Virus record (IMG/VR): IMGVR_UViG_3300031853_000031 | Span: 4,579-68,578 of that record | Strand: one strand, 5' to 3' | Length of the DNA stretch: 64,000 bases | Source of the DNA: a virus | Lineage: Duplodnaviria; Caudoviricetes | Shown here: positions 37,958-46,282 of the stretch, piece after piece | How the letters are laid out: each line of letters starts with the position of its first letter | Position numbering within the stretch: position 1 is the first letter of the stretch | Program-made: the position numbers and the translations under genes | The notes under the pieces: model-generated | What the model was told of the DNA's origin: nothing | Database searches by the model: none | Seen by the model: the letters and a program-made list of their open reading frames with translations, nothing else

Positions 37958-38127
37958 TCAGAAACATTCCACCAGGGCATGGGGACTAACTAGTTAATTG
38001 CTATACATTGTTCGTTCGTTATAGGTTTTTCTTTGAGCTCTTTTCTAAAAATCGGTGTCGAAATTTGTGTCAAATGTCCTCCAAAAAGTGATTACAAAGT
38101 TCTCGTGCCTTGTTGGAATGTTTCTGA
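37958..38127 (+). ncRNA. Structured late-operon leader or ncRNA
   Basis: Perfect 14-bp inverted repeat TCAGAAACATTCCA/TGGAATGTTTCTGA, extended by about 15 bp with several G:U pairs. Confidence 0.45.
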
Positions 38128-38164
38128 CTTATATTCTATACCACACTAAACTAATCAAAAGGAG

Positions 38165-38500
38165 GTGACATGTGTGGGTAAACGTGCTGAGCGTCCTGCT
38201 ATGTCGCCGGAAGCAAAAGAGCAACAAATGATTGGACTCGCTATTGACTGCTGTGAGCAGCGTATGCGTGATGGAACAGCTTCTTCTGCAGAGATTTGCC
38301 ACTATCTCAAGCTTGGAACAACTAAAGCCAGACTTGAATTGGAAATCTTAGAGCACGAGAAACAGTTAGTCATCGCAAAGACCGAGTCCATTCGTAAAGC
38401 AGAAGAATCTTCCGCACTATACGCCGAGGTAATTAAGGCTATGAAGATCTACAAAGGCGAAGAGGACGAAGAGGAGGACTATGATGAGGACATATACTGA
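38165..38500 (+). CDS. Probable terminase small subunit
   Basis: First gene after the putative cos; helical; RBS AAGGAGG (start possibly GTG 38174). Confidence 0.55.
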   Translation: MTCVGKRAERPAMSPEAKEQQMIGLAIDCCEQRMRDGTASSAEICHYLKLGTTKARLELEILEHEKQLVIAKTESIRKAEESSALYAEVIKAMKIYKGEEDEEEDYDEDIY

Positions 38501-38900
38501 ACTTATCACCCTTCCGACCTTTGAAGAACGCTTTAACTACCTGAAACTTGACAACAAGGTCGCCGAACAGACCTTTGGAGCAGAAAGATATTTGAACCAG
38601 AAGTTCTATCGGTCTCCCGAATGGCGAAGACTCCGCGACCAGATAATAGTAAGAGATCTGGGCTGTGATATGGGTTTGCCCGGTTACGAAATCCATGGAA
38701 AGATCATCATCCACCATATGAATCCTATAACGATGGAAGACATCTACCATGCTTCGAACGCTCTGATGAATCCTGAGTTCTTAGTTTGTGTAAAACACGC
38801 TACCCACAACGCCATCCACTATGGTGACGATACGATTCTCAGAACAAACGTCGTAACAGAACGCAAACCCAACGATACCTGCCCTTGGAGGAAGTCATGA
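38481..38900 (+). CDS. HNH endonuclease (cos-packaging associated)
   Basis: RDLGCDMG...IHHMNP...LVCVKHATHNAIH. Confidence 0.85.
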   Translation: MMRTYTELITLPTFEERFNYLKLDNKVAEQTFGAERYLNQKFYRSPEWRRLRDQIIVRDLGCDMGLPGYEIHGKIIIHHMNPITMEDIYHASNALMNPEFLVCVKHATHNAIHYGDDTILRTNVVTERKPNDTCPWRKS

Positions 38901-39724
38901 GAACACAATACCAAGACTTTCTAGTCCATCATGGACGTCTAGGACAAAAATGGGGTGTGAAAAACGGTCCTCCCTATCCGCTCCAACTAAAGGGTAAGTC
39001 CTACGGTTCAGTAATGAAGAAAAAGCTTACCCGGAAACAGACAAAAGAGTTAAAGAAAGAGTTTTCACGACAATCTGAGAAGGATAAAGAAGAAACTAAG
39101 AATGAAAAACGAGAGCTTCATTCGGCTGGTATACACAAAGGCATCTTTAATGACTACCTCGAAAAAGACAAATCCCTTTATCGCTATAGTAGTACGGATA
39201 AGGAGTCTTTGGACAATCGGCGTAAATACGTCAGTGTTACAGAAACGGACAGAAGAGTCTATAAGAACGACGCTGAAGCGAATGCCCTGTCTAACAAGGG
39301 AAAAGACGTATATTTGTACGAATACACTTCCAAGGAACGAATTAAGATTGCCAGAGCTGAGAAGTTTATCAAGGATGCGATCCGAGAATATGGCGACGAC
39401 GATGTAAAAGAAGCTTGGAAACAGACGAAAATAGCTAATGTCCGCAAACATTATCACAAGCTTAATAGCGAGTTAAAAGATCCGTCAAACAATAAAAGAT
39501 GGATGTTTGATCATGCTGCGGATAATCAGGAAAAGGTATCTAAGTTTCTTCATGATGTCTTATACGACCCCGAAAAGTCTAAGAAGTTCTACGATAAGTA
39601 TTACAAGAAAGGTTATCGTGCGATTGTCGATCCTGAAGACTATTCTTCTGGATATTACTATCCACTGATAGTTCTAAATCCAAAAGAAAGCATGGTAACC
39701 AAGAAAGTTAAAAGGGTGAGATAA
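38897..39724 (+). CDS. HHG-tagged protein A with ADP-ribosyltransferase-like domain
   Basis: FLVHHGRLGQKWGVKNGPPYPL; LYRYS, KYVSVT and KGYRAIVDPED...PLIVLNP resemble ART strands. Confidence 0.6.
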   Translation: MRTQYQDFLVHHGRLGQKWGVKNGPPYPLQLKGKSYGSVMKKKLTRKQTKELKKEFSRQSEKDKEETKNEKRELHSAGIHKGIFNDYLEKDKSLYRYSSTDKESLDNRRKYVSVTETDRRVYKNDAEANALSNKGKDVYLYEYTSKERIKIARAEKFIKDAIREYGDDDVKEAWKQTKIANVRKHYHKLNSELKDPSNNKRWMFDHAADNQEKVSKFLHDVLYDPEKSKKFYDKYYKKGYRAIVDPEDYSSGYYYPLIVLNPKESMVTKKVKRVR

Positions 39725-39725
39725 G

Positions 39726-40088
39726 ATGAACGACTCAATTCTAACTTCTATAAAGAAACTCCTAGGAATCCCAGCTGATTACACTCACTTCGACGAAGAC
39801 ATCCTAACCCAGATCAACATGGCTTTCTCTACGCTTAAGCAATTAGGCGTTGGACCAGAGGATGGCTTTACTGTCGAAGACAAAAACGACTTCTGGGACG
39901 ACTATATGGACGAAGGTCCAACTCTCAACATGGTGAAAACCTATATTCAGCTCAAAGTTCGTCAGACATTCGACCCGCCAACCATTTCAGCAGTCTTAAC
40001 CTCTCTTGAGAGCCAGATAGCTGAGCTTGAGTGGAGGCTCTTAGTCGAATGTGATCCTGATTCCACGAATGAGGGCGAAGAGGAATAG
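39726..40088 (+). CDS. Head-tail connector (gp6/gp15-like)
   Basis: SILTSIKKLLG...FDEDIL..IN...LKVR..FDPP...ELEWRL. Confidence 0.7.
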   Translation: MNDSILTSIKKLLGIPADYTHFDEDILTQINMAFSTLKQLGVGPEDGFTVEDKNDFWDDYMDEGPTLNMVKTYIQLKVRQTFDPPTISAVLTSLESQIAELEWRLLVECDPDSTNEGEEE

Positions 40089-40092
40089 CAAA

Positions 40093-41064
40093 ATGAAAGC
40101 GTTTACTAAATACCAAGACTTCTTAGTCCATCATGGACGTCCTGGACAGCGATGGGGTGTGAAGAATGGTCCTCCCTATCCTCTCGGTGCTTCTAACCAG
40201 AAGTATAAGAAGATGATGAAAGATCGGAAAGGGACAGTTCACGAGCCGTTTTCCGAAGCTGACATTTCCAAGGCTGAATGGAATAAGTTCAAGAAAATGC
40301 TTGCTGAAGAAGAGTCTCGTGAAAACATTAGCCTAATGGAGGCGGATGCCAGGGCAAAATTAGAGAAGAAAAATACGAAAAAGGCGTTGACTGCGTCGGC
40401 AGTACTAACTCCTATTTTTCCTCTTTTGTTGATAACCGACATATCAAACGCAAAGCTGCTTGCCGACAATCGTTCCGCTGAAAAACTTGAAAAAGCCCTT
40501 CTTAAGCAAATCGAATCTAACACCCGTGTTGACCCGAAAACTGGTTTTAGGCTAAAACAAAAAGAGATGACCATACCACAGGATGTTGCTATGATCAACC
40601 CCGGTTTTAAGACCTTTAACGATTCGTATAAGCATAACTGTACTTTCTGTACTACTGCTTATGATATGCGTCGTAGAGGTTATGACGTTATGGCCAACAA
40701 GACTCCGAATGATCAGATGACAGGACAATTCTTCCAGTGGTATCCTAAATCTAAGATGGTATCCATTACTAGATCGTCCAATTCTAACGGTGATTATCTG
40801 AAAGAAATCCAAGATGAAATCACCAAACAGGGTAATGGTGCCAGAGGTAACTTTTCTGTTCAGTGGAAGGGTGGAGCTGGCGGACATTCGATGGCTTATG
40901 AGGTTGTTGGAGATAAGTTCGTGGTTATCGACGCTCAGTCTAATAAGATCTACAAGGATAAGGACCTATCGAGGATCATCGAACACACCGACTATGCGAC
41001 CTATATCAGATTAGATAACGTAGACATCAATCCAAAAATGATAAAGAAGGCGGTGAGACCATGA
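40093..41064 (+). CDS. HHG-tagged protein B with papain-fold toxin (Tox-PL / Gln deamidase-like) domain
   Basis: FLVHHGRPGQRWGVKNGPPYPL; HNCTFCTTAYDMRRRGYDV (Cys), GGHSMAY (His), VIDAQS (Asp); ATG at 40093. Confidence 0.8.
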   Translation: MKAFTKYQDFLVHHGRPGQRWGVKNGPPYPLGASNQKYKKMMKDRKGTVHEPFSEADISKAEWNKFKKMLAEEESRENISLMEADARAKLEKKNTKKALTASAVLTPIFPLLLITDISNAKLLADNRSAEKLEKALLKQIESNTRVDPKTGFRLKQKEMTIPQDVAMINPGFKTFNDSYKHNCTFCTTAYDMRRRGYDVMANKTPNDQMTGQFFQWYPKSKMVSITRSSNSNGDYLKEIQDEITKQGNGARGNFSVQWKGGAGGHSMAYEVVGDKFVVIDAQSNKIYKDKDLSRIIEHTDYATYIRLDNVDINPKMIKKAVRP

Positions 41065-41315
41065 CACCAAAAGAAGCAGTAGCATCTGTGAAAAAAGTTC
41101 ATCCGAACCATGTGCCGACACAGGTGCTCGATTACGATAATGATTATTACATTGTCGAGGCTTTACCGAAAGGCGTTGACAAGAGTTCTGACGACCCTTA
41201 CTATGCTGTAGAAAAGAAAACCGGTAAAGTCTACTTCTATCATCCAGGTGGCGATTTCATCAAATTCTTTGATGCATTAGATAATAGAGCCATCAAAATA
41301 GGAGATGTAAAATGA
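41061..41315 (+). CDS. Putative immunity protein (Imm35/YrhB-like)
   Basis: 84 aa; ATGA overlap with the toxin gene; MTPKEAVASV...PYYAVEKKTGKV pattern. Confidence 0.55.
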   Translation: MTPKEAVASVKKVHPNHVPTQVLDYDNDYYIVEALPKGVDKSSDDPYYAVEKKTGKVYFYHPGGDFIKFFDALDNRAIKIGDVK

Positions 41316-43012
41316 GAACACAATACCAAGACTTTCTAGTCCATCATGGACGTCTAGGACAAAAATGGGGTGTGAAAAACGGTCCTCCCTATCCGCTCCA
41401 GCTTAAAGGCAGATCTTACGGCTCTATCATGAAGAAAAAGAAGAAGCTTCCTGAGGCGGAGGTTGCTACAAAGAAGGAAGGATCGTCAGATAGGGCGAGT
41501 CAGAATCAGAGTCGGGCAGCTTCAGATGTTTATAAAAAATGGGATAACGACACATTACTGTCTACTCGCAAAGAAGTAAAAGATGTCCATGACGAATTAA
41601 ACAAGATCCCAAAGAAACATCGTACAGAAGCTCAGCAACGTCAGTATGAAGATACCAAACAGAAACTTAGTTTGTTAGATAAAGAACTCAATAGGCGTTC
41701 TTCCAAAGACTTCGATGCAAGTGCTTCTAATAATCCGTCTCTTAGAGCCAATCTCGACACGATCGAGCAGATGATTCGACAGCATATGATCAATGAAACT
41801 AATCGTTCAATAGACCTTAACAATCAGACGGTTAATAATGTTGTTACACAGCAAATGATGTTTGGTAAAGGCCAAAAACAAGGCTCCATCGCAGACAGGG
41901 CAAAATCTTTTCTTAAGAACTACAACTCCCCAGAAGCCAAAGCTGCTCGTGAAGCCCGTCGTCATGAGGAAAATCTTAAGATGATGGAGAATATGAGAGC
42001 TCATGATGAGCGTGCTGCTCAGAAACAGAAAACGAAAGACTTAAAGGCTGAGCGTGAAGAACATCAGAGAAGACTTAAGGAGATCGAAGCCGAGCTTAAG
42101 AAGGACAAAGAAGAACGTAGTCACGAGAAAGCCATGAAGATGCTTGAGAAGTATCAGAAGAAAAATGGTAGTGATGTCGAGGATACCTCGGGCTCTGAAG
42201 AGCGTGGCTCTATCACCGATAGAGAGGGTAGTTCAAGGGATTGGTCTAAAACTGAAAAAGCTATCGAAAAACAATCTAGCAAAAGTCTTAGGAATAGTTT
42301 TCAGGAGGCCCAATTCTGGAAAGAAGATCTTAGAGATAGACTCACAGAAACCAAGGACCCCAAAGAGAGAGCCGAGATTCAGAAGAGTATTAACGAAATA
42401 GACAAACGGCGTCAGTTAATACAAAAAGAGTTAGACAGTCGTAGGAAGAACGGCGATGCTGATACGCTCACTCAAACGCAAGGCTCTCTTAGGGAAAAAG
42501 CTAAGCAGGCTATCGAGAAGTACAATTCTCCAGAAGAGAAAACCAAGCGTGCAGCGGCTAGAGCCGAACGTGAGAGAGTTAGAGCAGAGAAAGCTGTGGA
42601 GAAAGCGATAAAAAGGTCTGAACGTAGTGAGGCCAGAGCTGAGCGTAAGCGTGAACGGGCGGAAGCTAAAGCCGAAGCCGCCAGGGAAGCTGCAGCGGCT
42701 GAAAGAAAGAAGTTTCTTGATAATGCCACTCCTGAACAGATTCTTAAACGTCATGATGAGTTCACTACAAAAGAAGTAGACGATGCCATTGTGCGTATCA
42801 GGCAGCGGCAGACATTGCAGTCTCTTAGCGAAACTGAGAAATCTCAGACCGAACGCTTTATTAAGAATACTTTTAATAAAGTCAACACTGTTGAAAAGTT
42901 TGTATCGACTTCTATCAAGCTTTACGATGACTATGAGGACTTCATGAATATTCTCAACAAGAGACCTCGTCGTAAAGATCAGAAGAAAAATGACGATAAA
43001 AAGAAAGAATAA
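41312..43012 (+). CDS. HHG-tagged protein C, highly charged coiled coil
   Basis: Same tag; E/K/R/A-rich; no catalytic motif recognised. Confidence 0.8.
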   Translation: MRTQYQDFLVHHGRLGQKWGVKNGPPYPLQLKGRSYGSIMKKKKKLPEAEVATKKEGSSDRASQNQSRAASDVYKKWDNDTLLSTRKEVKDVHDELNKIPKKHRTEAQQRQYEDTKQKLSLLDKELNRRSSKDFDASASNNPSLRANLDTIEQMIRQHMINETNRSIDLNNQTVNNVVTQQMMFGKGQKQGSIADRAKSFLKNYNSPEAKAAREARRHEENLKMMENMRAHDERAAQKQKTKDLKAEREEHQRRLKEIEAELKKDKEERSHEKAMKMLEKYQKKNGSDVEDTSGSEERGSITDREGSSRDWSKTEKAIEKQSSKSLRNSFQEAQFWKEDLRDRLTETKDPKERAEIQKSINEIDKRRQLIQKELDSRRKNGDADTLTQTQGSLREKAKQAIEKYNSPEEKTKRAAARAERERVRAEKAVEKAIKRSERSEARAERKRERAEAKAEAAREAAAAERKKFLDNATPEQILKRHDEFTTKEVDDAIVRIRQRQTLQSLSETEKSQTERFIKNTFNKVNTVEKFVSTSIKLYDDYEDFMNILNKRPRRKDQKKNDDKKKE

Positions 43013-43025
43013 GGAGTGACTCTAT

Positions 43026-44759
43026 ATGGCATTATCTAACACTGCCACTCCTTACTACTATGGTCAATTTCGTGATGCGGTAATGAGAGGTGAGATACCT
43101 GTCTGTGAGACTATTGTTATGCAGATGAATCTCATCGACAAGTTAATAGAAGATGCTAGATACTACTATGACGATCGGGCTGTCGAAGGTTGGATTAAGT
43201 TCTGTGAAGCCGAGCTTACTCTGACTGATGGTTCCGATCTTTTCTTATTACCGACATTCAAACTCTGGGCTGAGGACGTCTATGGTTGGTACCACTTTAT
43301 AGAAGAAGACGTCTGGAACAGAGCACAACGACGCTTTATCAAGAAACAGGTAAAGCATCGTCTAAGAAACAAGCAATACTTGATAGTTGCCAGAGGAGCG
43401 GCTAAGACTGTATATGGTGAATGTCATCAGGCTTATGGTCTGACGGTAGACACTACTACAACTCATCAGATTACCACGGCTCCAACCATGAAACAAGCAG
43501 AAGAAATACTATCTCCTTTCAGAACTGCTATAACCAGGGCTCGTGGGCCGCTCTTCCGGTTTCTTACAGAAGGATCTCTCCAGAACACCACTGGCAACAA
43601 AGCACTTAGACAAAAACTTGCATCCACAAAGAAGGGCGTTGAGAACTTCTTAACGAATTCTCTCCTTGAAGTACGACCTATGTCTATCAACAAGCTTCAG
43701 GGGTTACAGAACAAGTATTCCACTGTCGATGAGTGGTTGTCTGGTGACATCAGAGAGGACGTTATAGGTGCCCTAGAGCAGGGCGCATCTAAGGTGGATG
43801 ACTGGCTCATCATTGCTATGAGTTCAGAGGGAACAGTCCGTAATGGAGCTGGCGATACCATCAAAATGGAGCTTATGGACATCCTTAAAGGTAAGTATGA
43901 AGCTCCTAACGTGTCTATCTGGTGGTACAAACTCGACAACCTTGAAGAAGTAAACATGCCTGAGATGTGGTTGAAAGCCAATCCTAATCTTGGTGCGACC
44001 GTATCTTACGAGACTTACGAGATTGAGAAGCAGAGAGCTGAGAACGCACCTGCCGCTCGTAATGACATCCTTGCTAAAAGATTCGGTATCCCTATGGAGG
44101 GGTATACTTACTTCTTTACTTACGAGGAAACCTTCTGTCACGAGAAGAGGGACTACTGGCAGATGGAATGTGCTATGGGTGCTGACCTTTCTCAGGGTGA
44201 TGACTTCTGTGCATTCACTTTCCTATTCCCTCTTGGCGATGGTTCCTTCGGCATTAAGACCAGGTCCTACATCACTTCTTTAACTCTTCACAAACTTCCA
44301 GCTGCTATGAGAATTAAGTACGACGAGTTCATGAAAGAAGGTTCTCTCATTGTTCTTGAGGGTACGGTTCTTAACATGATGGAAGTCTATGAAGACTTGG
44401 ATGAGTTTATTACAGCTAACGAGTATGATGTCAACTGCTTCGGTTACGACCCGTACAACGCAAAAGCTTTTGTGGAGAGATGGGAACTGGAGCATGGACC
44501 TTTTGGTACTGTGAAAGTCATTCAAGGTGCCAGAACAGAATCAGTCCCCCTTGGCGAACTTAAGAAACTCGCCGAAGAGAGACTACTCTTGTTTGATGAG
44601 GAACTTATGTCCTTTACGATGGGGAACTGTATCACCCTTGAAGATACTAATGGTAACCGGAAACTGCTTAAAAAGCGCTATGAGCATAAGATTGATAATG
44701 TCGCAGCTCTAATGGATGCTTTCATAGCTTATAAGGAAAATCTGGATATGTTTGATTAG
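43026..44759 (+). CDS. Terminase large subunit
   Basis: VARGAAKT (Walker A), TVDEW (Walker B), GADLSQGDDF (RNase H-like nuclease), KIDNVAALMDA. Confidence 0.95.
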   Translation: MALSNTATPYYYGQFRDAVMRGEIPVCETIVMQMNLIDKLIEDARYYYDDRAVEGWIKFCEAELTLTDGSDLFLLPTFKLWAEDVYGWYHFIEEDVWNRAQRRFIKKQVKHRLRNKQYLIVARGAAKTVYGECHQAYGLTVDTTTTHQITTAPTMKQAEEILSPFRTAITRARGPLFRFLTEGSLQNTTGNKALRQKLASTKKGVENFLTNSLLEVRPMSINKLQGLQNKYSTVDEWLSGDIREDVIGALEQGASKVDDWLIIAMSSEGTVRNGAGDTIKMELMDILKGKYEAPNVSIWWYKLDNLEEVNMPEMWLKANPNLGATVSYETYEIEKQRAENAPAARNDILAKRFGIPMEGYTYFFTYEETFCHEKRDYWQMECAMGADLSQGDDFCAFTFLFPLGDGSFGIKTRSYITSLTLHKLPAAMRIKYDEFMKEGSLIVLEGTVLNMMEVYEDLDEFITANEYDVNCFGYDPYNAKAFVERWELEHGPFGTVKVIQGARTESVPLGELKKLAEERLLLFDEELMSFTMGNCITLEDTNGNRKLLKKRYEHKIDNVAALMDAFIAYKENLDMFD

Positions 44760-44932
44760 TCTTCTCTTTCAATCCAATTACCAATGACACGCTTACCATC
44801 TAGGTAGGTCCATTCGCCATCCTCTTCGTCCTCGTTGTAAAAGGTGGCTTCGGCTTCTTCATAGGTGTCATAAACTTGGGTGCTACGATATTCAGACTCA
44901 TCTTCTGTTACAGAATAAACCCTATATCCCAT
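44756..44932 (-). CDS. 58-aa acidic antisense moron protein (not in ORF track)
   Basis: MGYRVYSVTEDESEYRSTQVYDTYEEAEATFYNEDEEDGEWTYLDGKRVIGNWIERED; RBS GGAGG; upstream TTGCTT-16 bp-TATACT with TG extension on the minus strand. Confidence 0.75.
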   Translation of the reverse strand: MGYRVYSVTEDESEYRSTQVYDTYEEAEATFYNEDEEDGEWTYLDGKRVIGNWIERED

Positions 44933-45004
44933 AGTACTTCTACCTCCGTTTAAGTGCTATTTATTGCTACTAATAACAGTATACCAGAAAGTGAGGATTA
45001 AGCA

Positions 45005-46282
45005 ATGCCTAGTTTTGGATCCAGGCTACAACATGCTTGGAATGCTTTCTTCAACAAAGACCCCACACCGCAAGCCCGGGTTGAGTATGGCTACTCGTCA
45101 TATCACAGACCCGACAGATATCAGATGTCACCAAGTAACAAGCGGTCTATCGTGTCAGCGATTTACAATCGTATAGCCGTAGACGCTTCCATGGTGGCAA
45201 TCGAACATGTAGATACAGATCCGGATCAAAATCATCGCTTTGTAGGAGTACGTAAGTCTGCTCTTAACGACTTGCTTACTGTCAGAGCAAATATCGACCA
45301 GACTGGCAAGGACTTTATTAGAGACATTATTATCTCTATGTTTGACGAAGGCTGTATTGCTTTGGTTATCACTCAGGCTACAGATGACCCACGACTTACT
45401 AACATCTACGACATTGGTTCTGCCAGAGTTGCAAAGATTGTCCAGTGGTATCCGGAACATGTAAAAGTACAAGTATACAACGAAAGAACCGGCCATCGAG
45501 AAGAACGTATCTATCCCAAGGAATGTACCGCCATTATCGAGAACCCGTTCTTTCTAATCATGAACGAGCCTAACTCAGTTCTCCAGCAGCTTATCAGGAA
45601 GATGAACTTGCTGGATTATGTGGAGTCAAGGGCTAATTATGGGAAGTTGGATTTGATTATTCAGCTTCCTTATTTAGTTAAGACGCCTAAGAAACAGGCT
45701 CAGGCTGAACGACGTCGTAAAGACATCGAACAACAGTTATCCAGTTCCGATTACGGAATTGCATATACAGATGGTACGGAGAGAATCACTCAGCTTAACC
45801 GTCCTGTCGAAAACAAGATTTGGGAAGAAGTGAAAGACTTAACGAGCATGTTATACAACCAGTTAGGAATGCACCAATCCATCTTTGACGGCACGGCGAA
45901 CGAGCAGACGATGATTAACTACTATAACCGAACCATCGACCCCGTGTTAGCCGCTATTGCTGATGCTATCAACATGAAGTGGCTGACCAAAACTGCACGT
46001 ACGCAAGGGCAGACCATCCGGTATTACAGGAGTCCCTTTAGGCTTACACCTGCTAAGGAGATTGCTAACATCGGAGGAGCTCTCATACAAAGCGAGGTCG
46101 TATCGTCCAACGAAGTGCGTGCTGAGCTTGGTTACGTACCGTCTGATGATCCTAGAGCTGATCAGCTTCTTAACAAGAACATCAACACGGTTGACCAATC
46201 TACGCAGGCGGCAGAGAATCCTCCGTCTGTGGAGGACTCTGTAAAAGTAAAAGGAGGAACAGATCAAAATGGCGAAACCTGA
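45005..46282 (+). CDS. Portal protein (HK97-like)
   Basis: After TerL; SIVSAIYNRIAVD, IFDGTANE, NEVRAELG motifs. Confidence 0.9.
   Translation: MPSFGSRLQHAWNAFFNKDPTPQARVEYGYSSYHRPDRYQMSPSNKRSIVSAIYNRIAVDASMVAIEHVDTDPDQNHRFVGVRKSALNDLLTVRANIDQTGKDFIRDIIISMFDEGCIALVITQATDDPRLTNIYDIGSARVAKIVQWYPEHVKVQVYNERTGHREERIYPKECTAIIENPFFLIMNEPNSVLQQLIRKMNLLDYVESRANYGKLDLIIQLPYLVKTPKKQAQAERRRKDIEQQLSSSDYGIAYTDGTERITQLNRPVENKIWEEVKDLTSMLYNQLGMHQSIFDGTANEQTMINYYNRTIDPVLAAIADAINMKWLTKTARTQGQTIRYYRSPFRLTPAKEIANIGGALIQSEVVSSNEVRAELGYVPSDDPRADQLLNKNINTVDQSTQAAENPPSVEDSVKVKGGTDQNGET

Larger units (their letters stand above)
38897..41400 (+). repeat. 89-nt identical direct repeat encoding the HHG tag (38897-38985 and 41312-41400); diverged third copy from 40093
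   Basis: ATGAGAACACAATACCAAGACTTTCTAGTCCATCATGGACGTCTAGGACAAAAATGGGGTGTGAAAAACGGTCCTCCCTATCCGCTCCA occurs twice. Confidence 0.95.

Noticed and set aside
28053-44759. Inteins or introns in the replicase, RNAP or TerL
   Set aside because: No intein His-Asn/Cys junctions or LAGLIDADG motifs seen; catalytic motifs are contiguous.
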